Shown here piece after piece: positions 62,300-64,000 of a stretch of DNA of 64,000 bases (positions are counted from its first letter, which is position 1; the number at the start of each line of letters is the position of its first letter). The position numbers were made by a program, and so were the translations under genes. Source of the DNA: the human T2T-CHM13v2.0 reference genome, Homo sapiens; assembly GCF_009914755.1 (NCBI RefSeq), contig NC_060930.1; one strand, written 5' to 3'. Under the pieces are notes generated by a model, which saw nothing but the letters and a program-made list of their open reading frames with translations, ran no database searches and had not been told where the DNA came from.

Positions 62300-64000
<1,701 letters not shown>

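Overview
Human (or near-human primate) genomic DNA from inside DCDC2 (doublecortin domain-containing 2, 6p22, DYX2 locus), transcribed on the minus strand. Five consecutive coding exons are recoverable with canonical GT-AG boundaries and consistent phases: 56374-56450 (77 nt), 56121-56252 (132 nt), 45340-45486 (147 nt), 43279-43333 (55 nt) and 32452-32614 (163 nt). These are exons 3-7 in the 10-exon numbering, about aa 117-308, covering the second DCX domain and the start of the C-terminal tail. The rest is intron (part of intron 2 on the right, about 32 kb of intron 7 on the left), dense in Alu, L1, L2, MIR, LTR and DNA-transposon relics. Apart from ORFs overlapping exons, the ORF track is repeat-derived or chance. 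I find no evidence of a new protein-coding system. The best leads are structural or regulatory: (1) two young AluYa5 copies in direct orientation bracketing in-frame exon 5; (2) two solo ERV LTRs placed head-to-head 24 bp apart, forming a CCAAT-rich candidate bidirectional promoter; (3) exon 3 starting with a GTAAAA donor-like motif (candidate recursive-splicing exon); (4) a strong CpG-retaining CTCF motif; (5) a TSD-flanked L1MA with an in-frame deletion of the RT region; (6) a perfect 25-bp tandem duplication that is probably polymorphic. Repeat subfamily calls come from recalled consensus sequences, and boundaries of old repeats are approximate.
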